Assembly: GCA_963693055.1 (NCBI GenBank)
Contig: OY843751.1
Span: 6,432,001-6,496,000 of the forward strand
From: a bacterium
GTDB lineage: Bacteria > Zhuqueibacterota > Zhuqueibacteria > Residuimicrobiales > Krinioviventaceae
Length of the DNA: 64,000 nucleotides
Direction of reading: 5' to 3'
Below, piece after piece: positions 47,815 to 57,680 of this stretch. The position numbers were made by a program, and so were the translations under genes. The notes beneath the pieces were generated by a model. It did not search any database, was not told the DNA's origin, and saw only the letters and a program-made list of their open reading frames with translations. Positions within the stretch are counted from its first letter, which is position 1, and every line of letters begins with the position of its first letter.

Positions 47815-49029
47815 TTGCAAGATAATAAGTATTCTAAGAAAAATAAATTTTCAGCGGCAGAACAAGCTTTAGGCTATTTTTATCAGCTGAGATATGCTAT
47901 GCTTCAGCTTTTGAGTCTCCCAGAAGATATTATCTGTTATATTGAGAGGGATGATGATATAGATTTCTCAAATGATAGTGAAGGACAAATTCTGGCATCT
48001 CTTAAACACAAGGCTGTCGGAGATACTCTTTCTGATTTGTCACCAGATTTTTGGAAATCCGTTCGAATTTGGCTTGATTACTACAATAATGAAAAAAATT
48101 TAATTTCCAAAGCTTCTTTCTTCCTTTTTACAACGGGAAGAGTAGTTGCTGGTTCTTTACTAGAAGCTTTTCTTCCTAATAAGAAATTAGAAGACACTTT
48201 CCCAAAGCAAGTATCCGAAATACTTGATAAATCAGAATCGAAAACAATACAAAAAACAAAAGAACTACTTAAAATTCTACCTAAAGAGAAATGGCTTGAT
48301 TTCTTTGGTCGTATTGTAATTTTTGATAATCAAGAACGAATACAAGACATACCTGAAAAAATTATTAATGAAAAATTAAGAACTGTACGACCTCAATTTC
48401 GGCAAGCCGTTTATGAGCGACTTGAAGGTTGGTGGATTAACGAATGTATCGAACTTTTGAGTGGTCAACGCCATGAACCTTTCAAAGGGCATGAAGTATC
48501 AGAGATGTTGAGTTTTTTTGCAGAGCAATTTCATGAAGACAATCTTCCGATTGATTATGAAAATATTGAGCCGGAGAATGGTGTAAATGTTGAAACAGAC
48601 AATCGTTTTTTCGTAAATCAGTTGAAAGCAATTGGTCTTCATTCAGATAGACTTAAAAGAGCAATATTGGATTATTATCGTGCATTTGAGCAAAGAGGTT
48701 CTTGGTTACGTGAAAATGTGACATTATCCGGTGAGCTTGAGAGATATGACGATCGTCTTGTTGATGAATGGTCACGGCTTCGTGAGATTATTTTTGAAGA
48801 CTTGGCAAATGATAGTCCAGAAGAACTTTTAAAAAGTACAGGAAGGAAACTGTTAAATGAACTTTCAACAAGTAATCAACCGAATCTTCGTATACGAAAA
48901 GGTGTAACTGCCACCTTTGTTACAATGGGTAGCTACCATATGCTTGCAAATGATGAGAATCCTCGAGTTCATTGGCATCCCTGTTTTGAGAAAAGAATTC
49001 AAGAAATTTTCAATGGAGTGGAATTATGA
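47815..49029 (+). CDS. ABC-three-component / Lamassu LmuA-like effector (Cap4-like PD-(D/E)xK nuclease + C-terminal domain)
   Basis: ALGYFYQLRYA, IERDDDIDF, SLKHK, DFWKSVRIW; C-terminal FVTMGSYHMLAN..VHWHP. Confidence 0.8.
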   Translation: MQDNKYSKKNKFSAAEQALGYFYQLRYAMLQLLSLPEDIICYIERDDDIDFSNDSEGQILASLKHKAVGDTLSDLSPDFWKSVRIWLDYYNNEKNLISKASFFLFTTGRVVAGSLLEAFLPNKKLEDTFPKQVSEILDKSESKTIQKTKELLKILPKEKWLDFFGRIVIFDNQERIQDIPEKIINEKLRTVRPQFRQAVYERLEGWWINECIELLSGQRHEPFKGHEVSEMLSFFAEQFHEDNLPIDYENIEPENGVNVETDNRFFVNQLKAIGLHSDRLKRAILDYYRAFEQRGSWLRENVTLSGELERYDDRLVDEWSRLREIIFEDLANDSPEELLKSTGRKLLNELSTSNQPNLRIRKGVTATFVTMGSYHMLANDENPRVHWHPCFEKRIQEIFNGVEL

Positions 49030-49514
49030 AATCCTGGAGTAGTAGACCTCGAGAAATAAGAAATTTATTTAATCCAGCATTTTGTGGCTTAGTATTGGTT
49101 CGTGGTATTGAAGGGTTTATAAAAGAAACTAATAAGCCAATGCCGTTTTCTCTTGCTTTATTGATTCTACCGCTTTGTCTCCATAAGCGGACAAGAGATC
49201 ACCTTAAACAAGGGAATCGTTCTTACTTTTCAAAAATACTTCAAGAACATCCTGAAATTCGAGTTGATTTCGCACAGAGAGCACGAGACCTTTTGCCATA
49301 TACGATGGAAGCATTTGCTTACCTCATGGCTTGTGATGTTATTCTTGTTGATGAGTCAGGTGCAATAAAAGTGATTGAACATTCCATTCGTAAGAGTATT
49401 ATTGGTTCACAAGATACAAAGGATTGTCAGACAGTAGCTCATTCACTTGGAAAGAAGTTGGCTTTAATTAATGATAGGGTAACCATTTATTCAACATTAG
49501 GAATTCGACCATGA
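49026..49514 (+). CDS. ABC-3C middle component (LmuC-like)
   Basis: W..RP.E..NLFNPAFCG, LILPLCLH..TR, LGIRP; ATGA overlaps on both sides. Confidence 0.85.
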   Translation: MKSWSSRPREIRNLFNPAFCGLVLVRGIEGFIKETNKPMPFSLALLILPLCLHKRTRDHLKQGNRSYFSKILQEHPEIRVDFAQRARDLLPYTMEAFAYLMACDVILVDESGAIKVIEHSIRKSIIGSQDTKDCQTVAHSLGKKLALINDRVTIYSTLGIRP

Positions 49515-51460
49515 ATATTTGTGATATAATTCTTTATAGCTATTCAGGTGAAATGAGACGAATCACCTTTAATGTTAAAGGTCTAAATATTATCACTGGA
49601 CGATCATCGACTGGTAAATCGACACTTTCTGACATTGTTGAATATTGTATGGGGCAGAGTGATTTTAATATACCTGAAGGCCCTATTAGAGATAAAGTAT
49701 CATGGTATGGTGTTATTTATCAGTTTAAAGGAGAACAAGTTTTAATTGCTAAACCATCTCCGGCAATAAATGCGGCGAGCTGTTCAAGGGCAATGATTAA
49801 AAGAGGGGCAGAAATTGAACCACCACCTTATAATGAACTTAAACAAAATGCTGATGATTCAACCGTGGTATCACTTCTTTCAGAATTGCTTGGAATCCCT
49901 GCGAATCGAACAGATGTGCCAAATGATCAGAGCCGTCAATCATTTTCTACAACAATTAAGCATACCCACTTCTATCTTTTTCAAAAACAAGGTTTGATTA
50001 CAAATAAAGAGCAATTGTTTTACAAACAAAATGAACAGTTTTTACCACAAAAAATTAAGGATACTTTACCAATCCTTCTTGGCGTAATACCAAGTAATCG
50101 CTTTGAAATTGACAATAAACTACGGGCAATTCGTCGGGATTTAAAGATCGTCCAAAAACAATTAGATGAAGCTGAACAATTTAATGAAAAAATTAATGTA
50201 AGAGCTTTAGGACTTTTATCTGAAGCTCAACAGGTTGGTATTTATAGTCAAGGGCCACTTCCCAATAATACAAATGAAGCATTAGTGGCAATGAAAGAGA
50301 TTTTGAAATGGAAACCTATTTCTGTTCCTGATGAAGATACGCGTCGGATAATTGAATTAGAAGAAGAAATTGCTGCCATACGAAAAGAAAGAATGTCAGC
50401 AAATGAGACTTTACGTGCAACTCAAGATTTTGTTAATAAAGAAAAAAGTTTTACAACAGAAGCGAAAGAACAAAAAAGTCGTCTAGAATCCATTAATGCT
50501 TTACCAATTAATCCTGAATCAGGTAAATGGCAGTGGCCATTTGTACCTGAAAATTTTGGAATGGATACTCCAATAGGTAAATCTTTAATAAAGGAACTTA
50601 ATTCGTTAGATGATGAATTAAAAACAGTGCTTGGAGAACAACCACATTTGGAGAAATATACTCAAAAAATTGAAAATCAAATTTCTGATTTAAATCAAAT
50701 AATGCAGATGAAAGAAGAGGAGCTTGCTGCAGCAATTATGGCAAATGAAGCAATAGCAGTAATGGGTAATAGAAATGCAGCTGCAGCTAGAATTGTTGGA
50801 CGAATAAGTTTGTTTCTTGAAACTTATAAACCAGAAGAAGATGTTGCTTTGTTGAAAAAGCGTGTTGAGGTGTTATCTGAACAAGTTGTCCTTTTGGAAA
50901 AAGAATCAGGAAAAAATGATATAGAAGAGCGATTAGAATCAATAATCAATATTATTTCAACTAGAATAAGTCGATATGTTACTGAACTTGATGCAGAGTT
51001 TTCAGAATACCCTTTTAGATTTGATTATAAAAAGTTGACTGTTGTTGCAGATAGACCCGAAAGACCTATACCAATGAATAAGACCGGGGGTGGGGCCAAT
51101 CATTTAGCTTATCATTTGGGAATTATGCTTTCACTTCATCATTTTACATCTAATAATTTGAAACCTGTACCTTCGTTTTTATTTCTTGATCAACCTACAC
51201 AAGTATACTTTCCTTCTGAACAAATGTACAAAGCGGTTTCTGGCTCTATTGAAGAAACGGAAAGAGATTCAGATCTAGAGAAAGTACGTAATTTATTTTT
51301 CATGTTACACCGTTTTGCAAATAATGAGGCGAAAGATTTTCAAATTATAGTAACTGAGCATGCAAATTTACGAGATGATTGGTTTCAAAATTCGATTATC
51401 GAAGTGCCGTGGGCAAAACCACCAGCTTTAGTGCCTGAAGAATGGGGTTTTTTTGATTAG
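49511..51460 (+). CDS. ABC-3C SMC-like ATPase, DUF3732 (LmuB-like)
   Basis: Walker A ITGRSSTGKS, coiled coil, TGGGANHLAYHL, Walker B FLFLDQPTQVYFP, QIIVTEHA. Confidence 0.9.
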   Translation: MNICDIILYSYSGEMRRITFNVKGLNIITGRSSTGKSTLSDIVEYCMGQSDFNIPEGPIRDKVSWYGVIYQFKGEQVLIAKPSPAINAASCSRAMIKRGAEIEPPPYNELKQNADDSTVVSLLSELLGIPANRTDVPNDQSRQSFSTTIKHTHFYLFQKQGLITNKEQLFYKQNEQFLPQKIKDTLPILLGVIPSNRFEIDNKLRAIRRDLKIVQKQLDEAEQFNEKINVRALGLLSEAQQVGIYSQGPLPNNTNEALVAMKEILKWKPISVPDEDTRRIIELEEEIAAIRKERMSANETLRATQDFVNKEKSFTTEAKEQKSRLESINALPINPESGKWQWPFVPENFGMDTPIGKSLIKELNSLDDELKTVLGEQPHLEKYTQKIENQISDLNQIMQMKEEELAAAIMANEAIAVMGNRNAAAARIVGRISLFLETYKPEEDVALLKKRVEVLSEQVVLLEKESGKNDIEERLESIINIISTRISRYVTELDAEFSEYPFRFDYKKLTVVADRPERPIPMNKTGGGANHLAYHLGIMLSLHHFTSNNLKPVPSFLFLDQPTQVYFPSEQMYKAVSGSIEETERDSDLEKVRNLFFMLHRFANNEAKDFQIIVTEHANLRDDWFQNSIIEVPWAKPPALVPEEWGFFD

Positions 51461-51586
51461 TTATTTCACAACTTAAAAAATGAAATTTGTACCTAAGAAT
51501 ATAATATGCTTGGCATAAAGCTACTTTCAAGTATCTTGATTTGGATTTTTATTTGATCAAGAGAGATCATTTTTTTCCGTTCAATC

Positions 51587-51622
51587 AACCTTCCGAGGGG
51601 CTATCAGCCCTCGGGAGGAGGT
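51587..51622. repeat. REP-like hairpin
   Basis: CCTTCCGAGGG-GCTATCAG-CCCTCGGGAGG. Confidence 0.55.
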
Positions 51623-51635
51623 TTTTAATTCTTCC

Positions 51636-51659
51636 CTCTGTGTTCTTTGGCTCTGCGTT
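51636..51659 (-). repeat. Right inverted arm flanking the defence operon
   Basis: Reverse complement AACGCAGAG-N8-CACAGAG; the outer 9 bp are a perfect inverse of 47610-47618. Confidence 0.55.
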
Positions 51660-51763
51660 CAAGTGTTTCAAGATGTTAGAATAATTAAGCTTGTTGGTCC
51701 CCTTCAAGTAATATTTGAATGTATCCCGGTTCCATATTTCATAAAGAACCGGGATTTTTAATA

Positions 51764-53560
51764 TTACAATTTCAGCAGTGAATCCAGCAATGATTGCGGT
51801 ACCTCGAACACGGTGCCGTGGCGCATGTCGTCGGGATGGGTGATCCATTTTGAGATATCGTCCCAGTTTTTCAGATCTTTGGAGCGTACCGCGCCGTATT
51901 TGTGCTTGCGGTATTTGTCAAAATAGACATACCACCAGTCCCCGATCTTGATAGCGGTGGGACCTTCGGCCCAGTAATCGCCAGTGATAGGTTTTGAAGC
52001 GTCAGTGTAAGGCCCGGCTGCTTTATTGCTGGTGGCGATACGTATGTTTTTTTCCGGAGTCAAGGGACGGTCGGTTTCGTTCTTGAGATACATGACATAT
52101 TGATCGCCATTCTTTGTCAGGGTACCATCAATCACATTAAATCCATGATCATAAAACAATTTGGTATCGCTGAATGTATCAAAATCCTTTGTGGTGACGT
52201 AATACATGCGGTGGTTTTTCATGTTTTTGCTGGTGTCCCGGGGGTCTTTGTGGTCGGTTTCCGGAAAGCGTCCGGGAATGGTTGTCGACCAAAAGATATA
52301 GTATTGCTCTGTGGCATCGTCATAATACACTTCGGGCGCCCAGGTATTTTGCGCGATGGCTTCGTGCTCCATCACCGGAATATATTTCTGTTCCGACCAG
52401 TGCACCAGATCTTTTGAACTGGCATAACCTATGCCTTTTTCTTTCCAGCTAACGGTCCATACCATGTGATAAAGACCATCCGGTCCCTGAATAACACAGG
52501 GATCTCGCATGAGCTTGTCGCCGCCAACCATGGGAGTTAGAAAAGATTTACCATTGTTCAGGGCCTTCCAATCCAGTCCGTTATAACTGTACGCCAAATG
52601 CAGTCCGTCTTCGCCGTTACCGTTGAAATAGGTAAAGAGATAGGCGGTGGATTCTTTTTGTTCCAGTTTGTGCATGGTATTTGCGAATTGTACACCCAGA
52701 TCAATAAAACCGGCAGTGTCATAATGATATCTATCGGAATAGCCGTAATTGTCTGTACTGGTTACCAGTGCGGCGTAAGGATCTTTATCACAATAATCAG
52801 CTTCTGCTTTACGGACGATATCGCCATAATCCCAAACCTTGCCGTCATCATCCTGTCCCGAATCCGAGATACGTCCCACAACAACCGGCAGATCATCCAC
52901 ACGCAGTGCGGCACGGACCTGGTCCATCAGCTTTTTCAGATTGGCTTCATATGCTTCGGCGCTGTTTTGGGCGTGACCATCACTCTCGCCCTGCATCCAC
53001 AAAATACCGCACGGGATGAGCGTGTCTTTTTCGCCATCACCATCAATATCATCTACGCTTAGGGCATTGCGCAAGGTTGCCAGAAAATGGTCGTACTGGT
53101 TAATACCATTACCACTGTAAAAATCGGGGTCCCAGCAGCCTGCTTTGCGTGCCTGATCGGGATGAATAGATGTGCCGCCTTTGGAGTATTTAACCAGAGC
53201 GATGGGCATAGTGGGGTCCAACTCGTTCATGTGTTTGCCAAAAGTCAGTTCAAGCCCAAAACGATTGGAATAGGTGTTTGTGAGACCATCGGATTTGAAT
53301 CCGCTGCCATGACCCGGCATCAGGGGAGACCATTTGCCGATTCCATTGACAGGCATATTGTCCGATTCACGGCTGCTTTGATAGATCAGTACATTGGGCA
53401 CGGGTTTGTTAAGATCGGCAGGCAGTTCACTGACCGTACCGTAACCATCCATATTGGACTGGCCGCCAAGATAATAGAGCTTGTATGTTTTTGCGGAAAG
53501 CGGGGTAACAGTTAAAACGAGTAATATAAAGACAAGTAAAAGTAAATATAATCTTTTCAC
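51764..53560 (-). CDS. SASA/CE6 acetylesterase + GH43-like fusion, secreted
   Basis: GGQSNMDG, WMQGESD, DRYHYD (SGNH); then GEDGLHLAYS, MRDP, WAPE, VIDG, WAEGP, RHGTV. Confidence 0.85.
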   Translation of the reverse strand: MKRLYLLLLVFILLVLTVTPLSAKTYKLYYLGGQSNMDGYGTVSELPADLNKPVPNVLIYQSSRESDNMPVNGIGKWSPLMPGHGSGFKSDGLTNTYSNRFGLELTFGKHMNELDPTMPIALVKYSKGGTSIHPDQARKAGCWDPDFYSGNGINQYDHFLATLRNALSVDDIDGDGEKDTLIPCGILWMQGESDGHAQNSAEAYEANLKKLMDQVRAALRVDDLPVVVGRISDSGQDDDGKVWDYGDIVRKAEADYCDKDPYAALVTSTDNYGYSDRYHYDTAGFIDLGVQFANTMHKLEQKESTAYLFTYFNGNGEDGLHLAYSYNGLDWKALNNGKSFLTPMVGGDKLMRDPCVIQGPDGLYHMVWTVSWKEKGIGYASSKDLVHWSEQKYIPVMEHEAIAQNTWAPEVYYDDATEQYYIFWSTTIPGRFPETDHKDPRDTSKNMKNHRMYYVTTKDFDTFSDTKLFYDHGFNVIDGTLTKNGDQYVMYLKNETDRPLTPEKNIRIATSNKAAGPYTDASKPITGDYWAEGPTAIKIGDWWYVYFDKYRKHKYGAVRSKDLKNWDDISKWITHPDDMRHGTVFEVPQSLLDSLLKL

Positions 53561-53673
53561 AATTCCTCCGGGGTTTATTACAATTCTTTACAGGCAGTTT
53601 TGAATGTTCAAGATTTGATCTTGAATGTAATAAAAAAATGGGTTATAATACAGAAAAAACAGAGGTGGAGGAT

Positions 53674-54984
53674 ATGAATAAAGTTGTCCTTTTTATATTG
53701 AGCTTGAGCGCAGCGCTTGCCGCGGATACCGGCATATGGTACTCGCAAATTTTCCCTTTACAGGAGTTACATGTGCATGGTTCTACGCTTGTCGAATGTG
53801 CCAATGGAGATATTATTGTGGCGTGGTTTCAGGGCTCTGGCGAGCGTCAGGCAGAAGATGTAAGAATTATGGGTGCCAGGTTGAAAAATGGCAGCCAGGA
53901 GTGGAGCACTCCCTTTGAACTGGCAGATACACCGGGGTTACCCGATATTAATCCGGTATTGTTTATTGATCCGCAGGGGAAATTATGGTTATTCTATTAC
54001 GCGGTGATTGCTCACCAGTGGGAAACATCGTTGTTAAAGTACAAAATTGCCAACGAGTATGAGGCCGATGGCCCGCCTAAATGGGATTGGCAGGAAGTTT
54101 TACATATAATTCCGGTACCGGGATCAGGACGAGGCATTCAACCCGGTGACCCGTTTCTTGCTTCTGTTAAAGAACAGCTTGAAGCACAGGAAGATTTTCT
54201 CGAAAAGCAGGGTGCATTCCAAACTGAGGAGTTGAGCAAAAAATGGCAGGACCGGAAAGAAGAGTTGATCGGTCATGCAGCAGGAGAAAATATGGTGCGC
54301 TCCGGCAGGTTGTATCACGAGGATGGCAGTTATGATGAACAATCCATGGGGTATCCCTGGTTTCGCAGAATGGGATGGCAAACCCGCAACAAACCTTTTG
54401 TTGTTGGCGAGCGCATGATTTTACCCCTCTATTCCGACGGATTCAGTTTTTCGCTTATGGCGATAACTGACGATTGGGGAAAGAACTGGCATACCAGTGC
54501 TCCCATAGTGGGTTTGGGTAACATACAACCCGCCATTGCGGAAACCCGTGATGGAGATCTGGTAACCTATATGCGTGATAATGGTCCGCCACCCAAACGA
54601 CTGCATGTCAGCCGTTCAACAGACAAGGGCGAAACCTGGGGACTGGTTCAGGATACCGAAATCCCTAATCCCGGTGCGGGAGCGGATGTTGTAACACTCG
54701 ATAATGGAGACTGGGTTTTGCTGGATAATGATGTTGAAGAAGGTCGGCATAGTTTGGCGGTGTATTTGTCTACAGATGAAGGGAAAACCTGGCCCTACAA
54801 ACGTCACATTGAACTGGATGAACGGGGTAAGGATGGAAACCGTTACCACTATCCGGCAGTGATACAGGGCAAAGATGGAATGCTGCATGTCTGTTACAGC
54901 TATTTTAAAAGAGGAGAAAACAGAAAAAGAAACTCGATTAGATATGCAAGGTTTTCAAGAGACTGGATTATGGCTGATGAATAA
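53674..54984 (+). CDS. BNR/Asp-box sialidase-like protein
   Basis: HVHGSTLVE, TDDWGKNW, STDKGETW, STDEGKTW Asp-boxes, YHYP. Confidence 0.8.
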   Translation: MNKVVLFILSLSAALAADTGIWYSQIFPLQELHVHGSTLVECANGDIIVAWFQGSGERQAEDVRIMGARLKNGSQEWSTPFELADTPGLPDINPVLFIDPQGKLWLFYYAVIAHQWETSLLKYKIANEYEADGPPKWDWQEVLHIIPVPGSGRGIQPGDPFLASVKEQLEAQEDFLEKQGAFQTEELSKKWQDRKEELIGHAAGENMVRSGRLYHEDGSYDEQSMGYPWFRRMGWQTRNKPFVVGERMILPLYSDGFSFSLMAITDDWGKNWHTSAPIVGLGNIQPAIAETRDGDLVTYMRDNGPPPKRLHVSRSTDKGETWGLVQDTEIPNPGAGADVVTLDNGDWVLLDNDVEEGRHSLAVYLSTDEGKTWPYKRHIELDERGKDGNRYHYPAVIQGKDGMLHVCYSYFKRGENRKRNSIRYARFSRDWIMADE

Positions 54985-55005
54985 TATAATGATAAGGACT
55001 AGCAG

Positions 55006-56322
55006 ATGAATTTAAAAAAGCTTTTTTATTCAAGTATTATATTTATGTTTGTTATTATGGGGTGTCAAAAGAACCAGCCCTTGCCCGCATCAGAGTATAA
55101 TTCTCTGACAAATGATGGTGTGTGGTGCTGGTTTTCTGATCCGCGTGCCATCTATCATAAAGGTGCCAAAGAGTGCACCTATGCCGGCTGGGTGTCGGAA
55201 CAGGGTGATATTGTGATTGGTTCGTATAACCATACCAGCAAAAAAATAGATACATTTGTACTACATGAAAAACTGGAAAAAGATGATCATAACGTACCGT
55301 CTATACTGGTTCGGGATGATGGCAGAATTCTGGCATTTTATTCTCGTCATAGTGATGACGATATGTATATGCGGATTTCTACAAATCCTGAAGATATTTC
55401 CCAGTGGGAGCCGGTATCGCGCATGTATATCAATGATGTGGATGCCTTTCCCAAGGGGACCAAAAATTCATATACTTATAGCAATCCCTATCAGCTTTCT
55501 CAGGAAGATGGGCGTATTTATTTGTTCTACCGGGGTATGGATTTTAAGCCCAATGTTTCAATCTCTGATGATGGCGGCTTGACCTGGTCCATGGCAAAAT
55601 TGTTTATTTTACCGGAGCGGATCTACAAGAACCGCAGACCGTATGTGAAATACTATTCGGATTACAAGTCAAAAGTCCATTTTTTGTTCACAGATGGACA
55701 TCCGCGTAACGAACCCACCAATAGTGTGTATTATGCTTGTTATCATGATGGTGCGTTTTACAAAGCCAACGGTGAAAAGATGATCGATTTTGAAAATATA
55801 CCCTTTTCACCACAGCAGGCTGATCGCGTATATGATGCCCGACAGGACAGTGTGCGCGCCTGGGTTTGGGATGTTACGGTAGACAGTGATGATCGTCCTG
55901 TTATCGTTTATACACGTTTTCCCAAAGAGACAGACCATCGCTATCATTACGCTCGCTGGGACGGACAGAAATGGCAGGACCACGAGATCACCCCGGCGGG
56001 ACCGTGGTTTCCTCAAACTCCCGAAGGAAAAGAAGAACGGGAAACCTATTACTCGGGTGGCGTGGTGCTTGATCATGAAAATCCCAATGTGGTTTATTTG
56101 AGCCGCAAAATTAACGGTGTTTTTGAGATTGAACGCTGGGTGACGGATGATATGGGCAATAGCTGGACACATGCTGCAATTACTCGGAATTCTCAATACG
56201 ACAATGTAAGACCCTTTGTGCCCTGGTTTTCGCCAGAGGATGTAGAGCCGCATGTGTTCTGGATGACAAATTTAAAATATATACACTATTCGGATTATAG
56301 CAGTGAAATAAAAATGTTTTGA
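55006..56322 (+). CDS. BNR_4 repeat lipoprotein
   Basis: Lipobox MGC; WCWFSDPRA, DDHNVPS, SDDGGLTW, RPYVKY, YSGG. Confidence 0.8.
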   Translation: MNLKKLFYSSIIFMFVIMGCQKNQPLPASEYNSLTNDGVWCWFSDPRAIYHKGAKECTYAGWVSEQGDIVIGSYNHTSKKIDTFVLHEKLEKDDHNVPSILVRDDGRILAFYSRHSDDDMYMRISTNPEDISQWEPVSRMYINDVDAFPKGTKNSYTYSNPYQLSQEDGRIYLFYRGMDFKPNVSISDDGGLTWSMAKLFILPERIYKNRRPYVKYYSDYKSKVHFLFTDGHPRNEPTNSVYYACYHDGAFYKANGEKMIDFENIPFSPQQADRVYDARQDSVRAWVWDVTVDSDDRPVIVYTRFPKETDHRYHYARWDGQKWQDHEITPAGPWFPQTPEGKEERETYYSGGVVLDHENPNVVYLSRKINGVFEIERWVTDDMGNSWTHAAITRNSQYDNVRPFVPWFSPEDVEPHVFWMTNLKYIHYSDYSSEIKMF

Positions 56323-56371
56323 GCTTGTTTTAATACTATTGTTTGATTATGAATTGATGGGAGTACCAACC

Positions 56372-57661
56372 ATGTCAGGACCTTTGCTGGATTCTATTGC
56401 TGACCTGAGATCGCTCGTTGACCGGCTTAATTTTCTACACAAGGTTTCGCAAAAAATTTCAGAAACCAAGCCTTTATCAAAATTATTGAATGAGATCCTT
56501 GAAGACAGTAAAATTGTAATGGATGTTGAAGCCAGTTCTCTGTTATTGTATGATAAAAAAGAGAAAAAGTTGTATTTTCAGGTTGCTACCGGCAGTAAAG
56601 GTAAATCGGTAAAGCGGCACAGTGTCAAGCTGGGTGGAGGTCTGGCCGGGTGGGTGGCAAAACATAAACAACCGCTATTAATTGATGATTGCTATAATGA
56701 TCCCCGTTTTGATGACTGGTATGATAAAAAGTTGAATTACAAAACCCGGAATATGATCTGTGTGCCCATGATGCGCAAGAAAAAGCTGATAGGAGTCATA
56801 CAGGTTATTAATAAAAATAATGGCAAAGGTTTTGCCCAGCAGGATTTGAATATTTTTGAGACCCTGGCTTCGCAATGCGCTATTGCTATTGAAAACGCCA
56901 GGCTGGTGGTAACACAGGTTGAAAAAGAGGCCCTTGAGCGGGAGCTGGATACCGCGCGCACCATTCAGCAAAACCTGTTGCCAGACAAACTCCCGGATTA
57001 TGATGATCTGGATACGGCGGCCATGCTGGTCCCGGCCAAAGAAGTAGGGGGTGATTATTATAATGTACTCCGGATTAATGATAAGACCAGCCTGTTTCTG
57101 GTTGCGGATGTTGCAGGTAAAGGGATTCCCGCGGCCTTGATTGTTTCTACCATTTTTTCTTATTTGCAGACTTTTATAAAGCTGGAAGATTCTTTTGATC
57201 TTATGCGGTTTGTGAAGAGTCTGAATCGGGTATTGATGGACTCTACCACGTTCGATAAATTTGTAACTGTTTGGATTGGTGTATATCATCATCAATCCAA
57301 AGAGCTGGAAAGCGTTAACGCCGGTCATAACCCTACCTATCTTTTTAGAAAGGGAATAAGCAATCCACAGATTTTGAGTGATGGTGGGATATTTTTAGGT
57401 AGTCTTGAGGTACCGTTTGAGATCGAGTCCATTCGGATTGGATCCGGGGATGTGTTATTATTCTATTCGGATGGTGTTACCGAGGCATGGAACAAAAAGC
57501 AGGAAGATTATGGTGAAGAGCGCCTGATTCAACTGGTTTCTAAAAACCGGAAAAAGAAAGCCGCTGATTTATTGGACTTGATCAATAAAGATTTAAAGCA
57601 GCACGCTGGTAAAGCAGTGCAGAGTGATGATATTACCTGCGGTATTGTTAAATTCAAATAA
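56372..57661 (+). CDS. GAF + PP2C/SpoIIE phosphatase (RsbU-like)
   Basis: GAF (GLAGWVA, DPRF, ICVPM); ARTIQQNLLP, VGGDYY, ADVAGKG, NAGH, YSDGVTEA, DDIT. Confidence 0.92.
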   Translation: MSGPLLDSIADLRSLVDRLNFLHKVSQKISETKPLSKLLNEILEDSKIVMDVEASSLLLYDKKEKKLYFQVATGSKGKSVKRHSVKLGGGLAGWVAKHKQPLLIDDCYNDPRFDDWYDKKLNYKTRNMICVPMMRKKKLIGVIQVINKNNGKGFAQQDLNIFETLASQCAIAIENARLVVTQVEKEALERELDTARTIQQNLLPDKLPDYDDLDTAAMLVPAKEVGGDYYNVLRINDKTSLFLVADVAGKGIPAALIVSTIFSYLQTFIKLEDSFDLMRFVKSLNRVLMDSTTFDKFVTVWIGVYHHQSKELESVNAGHNPTYLFRKGISNPQILSDGGIFLGSLEVPFEIESIRIGSGDVLLFYSDGVTEAWNKKQEDYGEERLIQLVSKNRKKKAADLLDLINKDLKQHAGKAVQSDDITCGIVKFK

Positions 57662-57680
57662 ATAATCCCCGGAGATTTTT

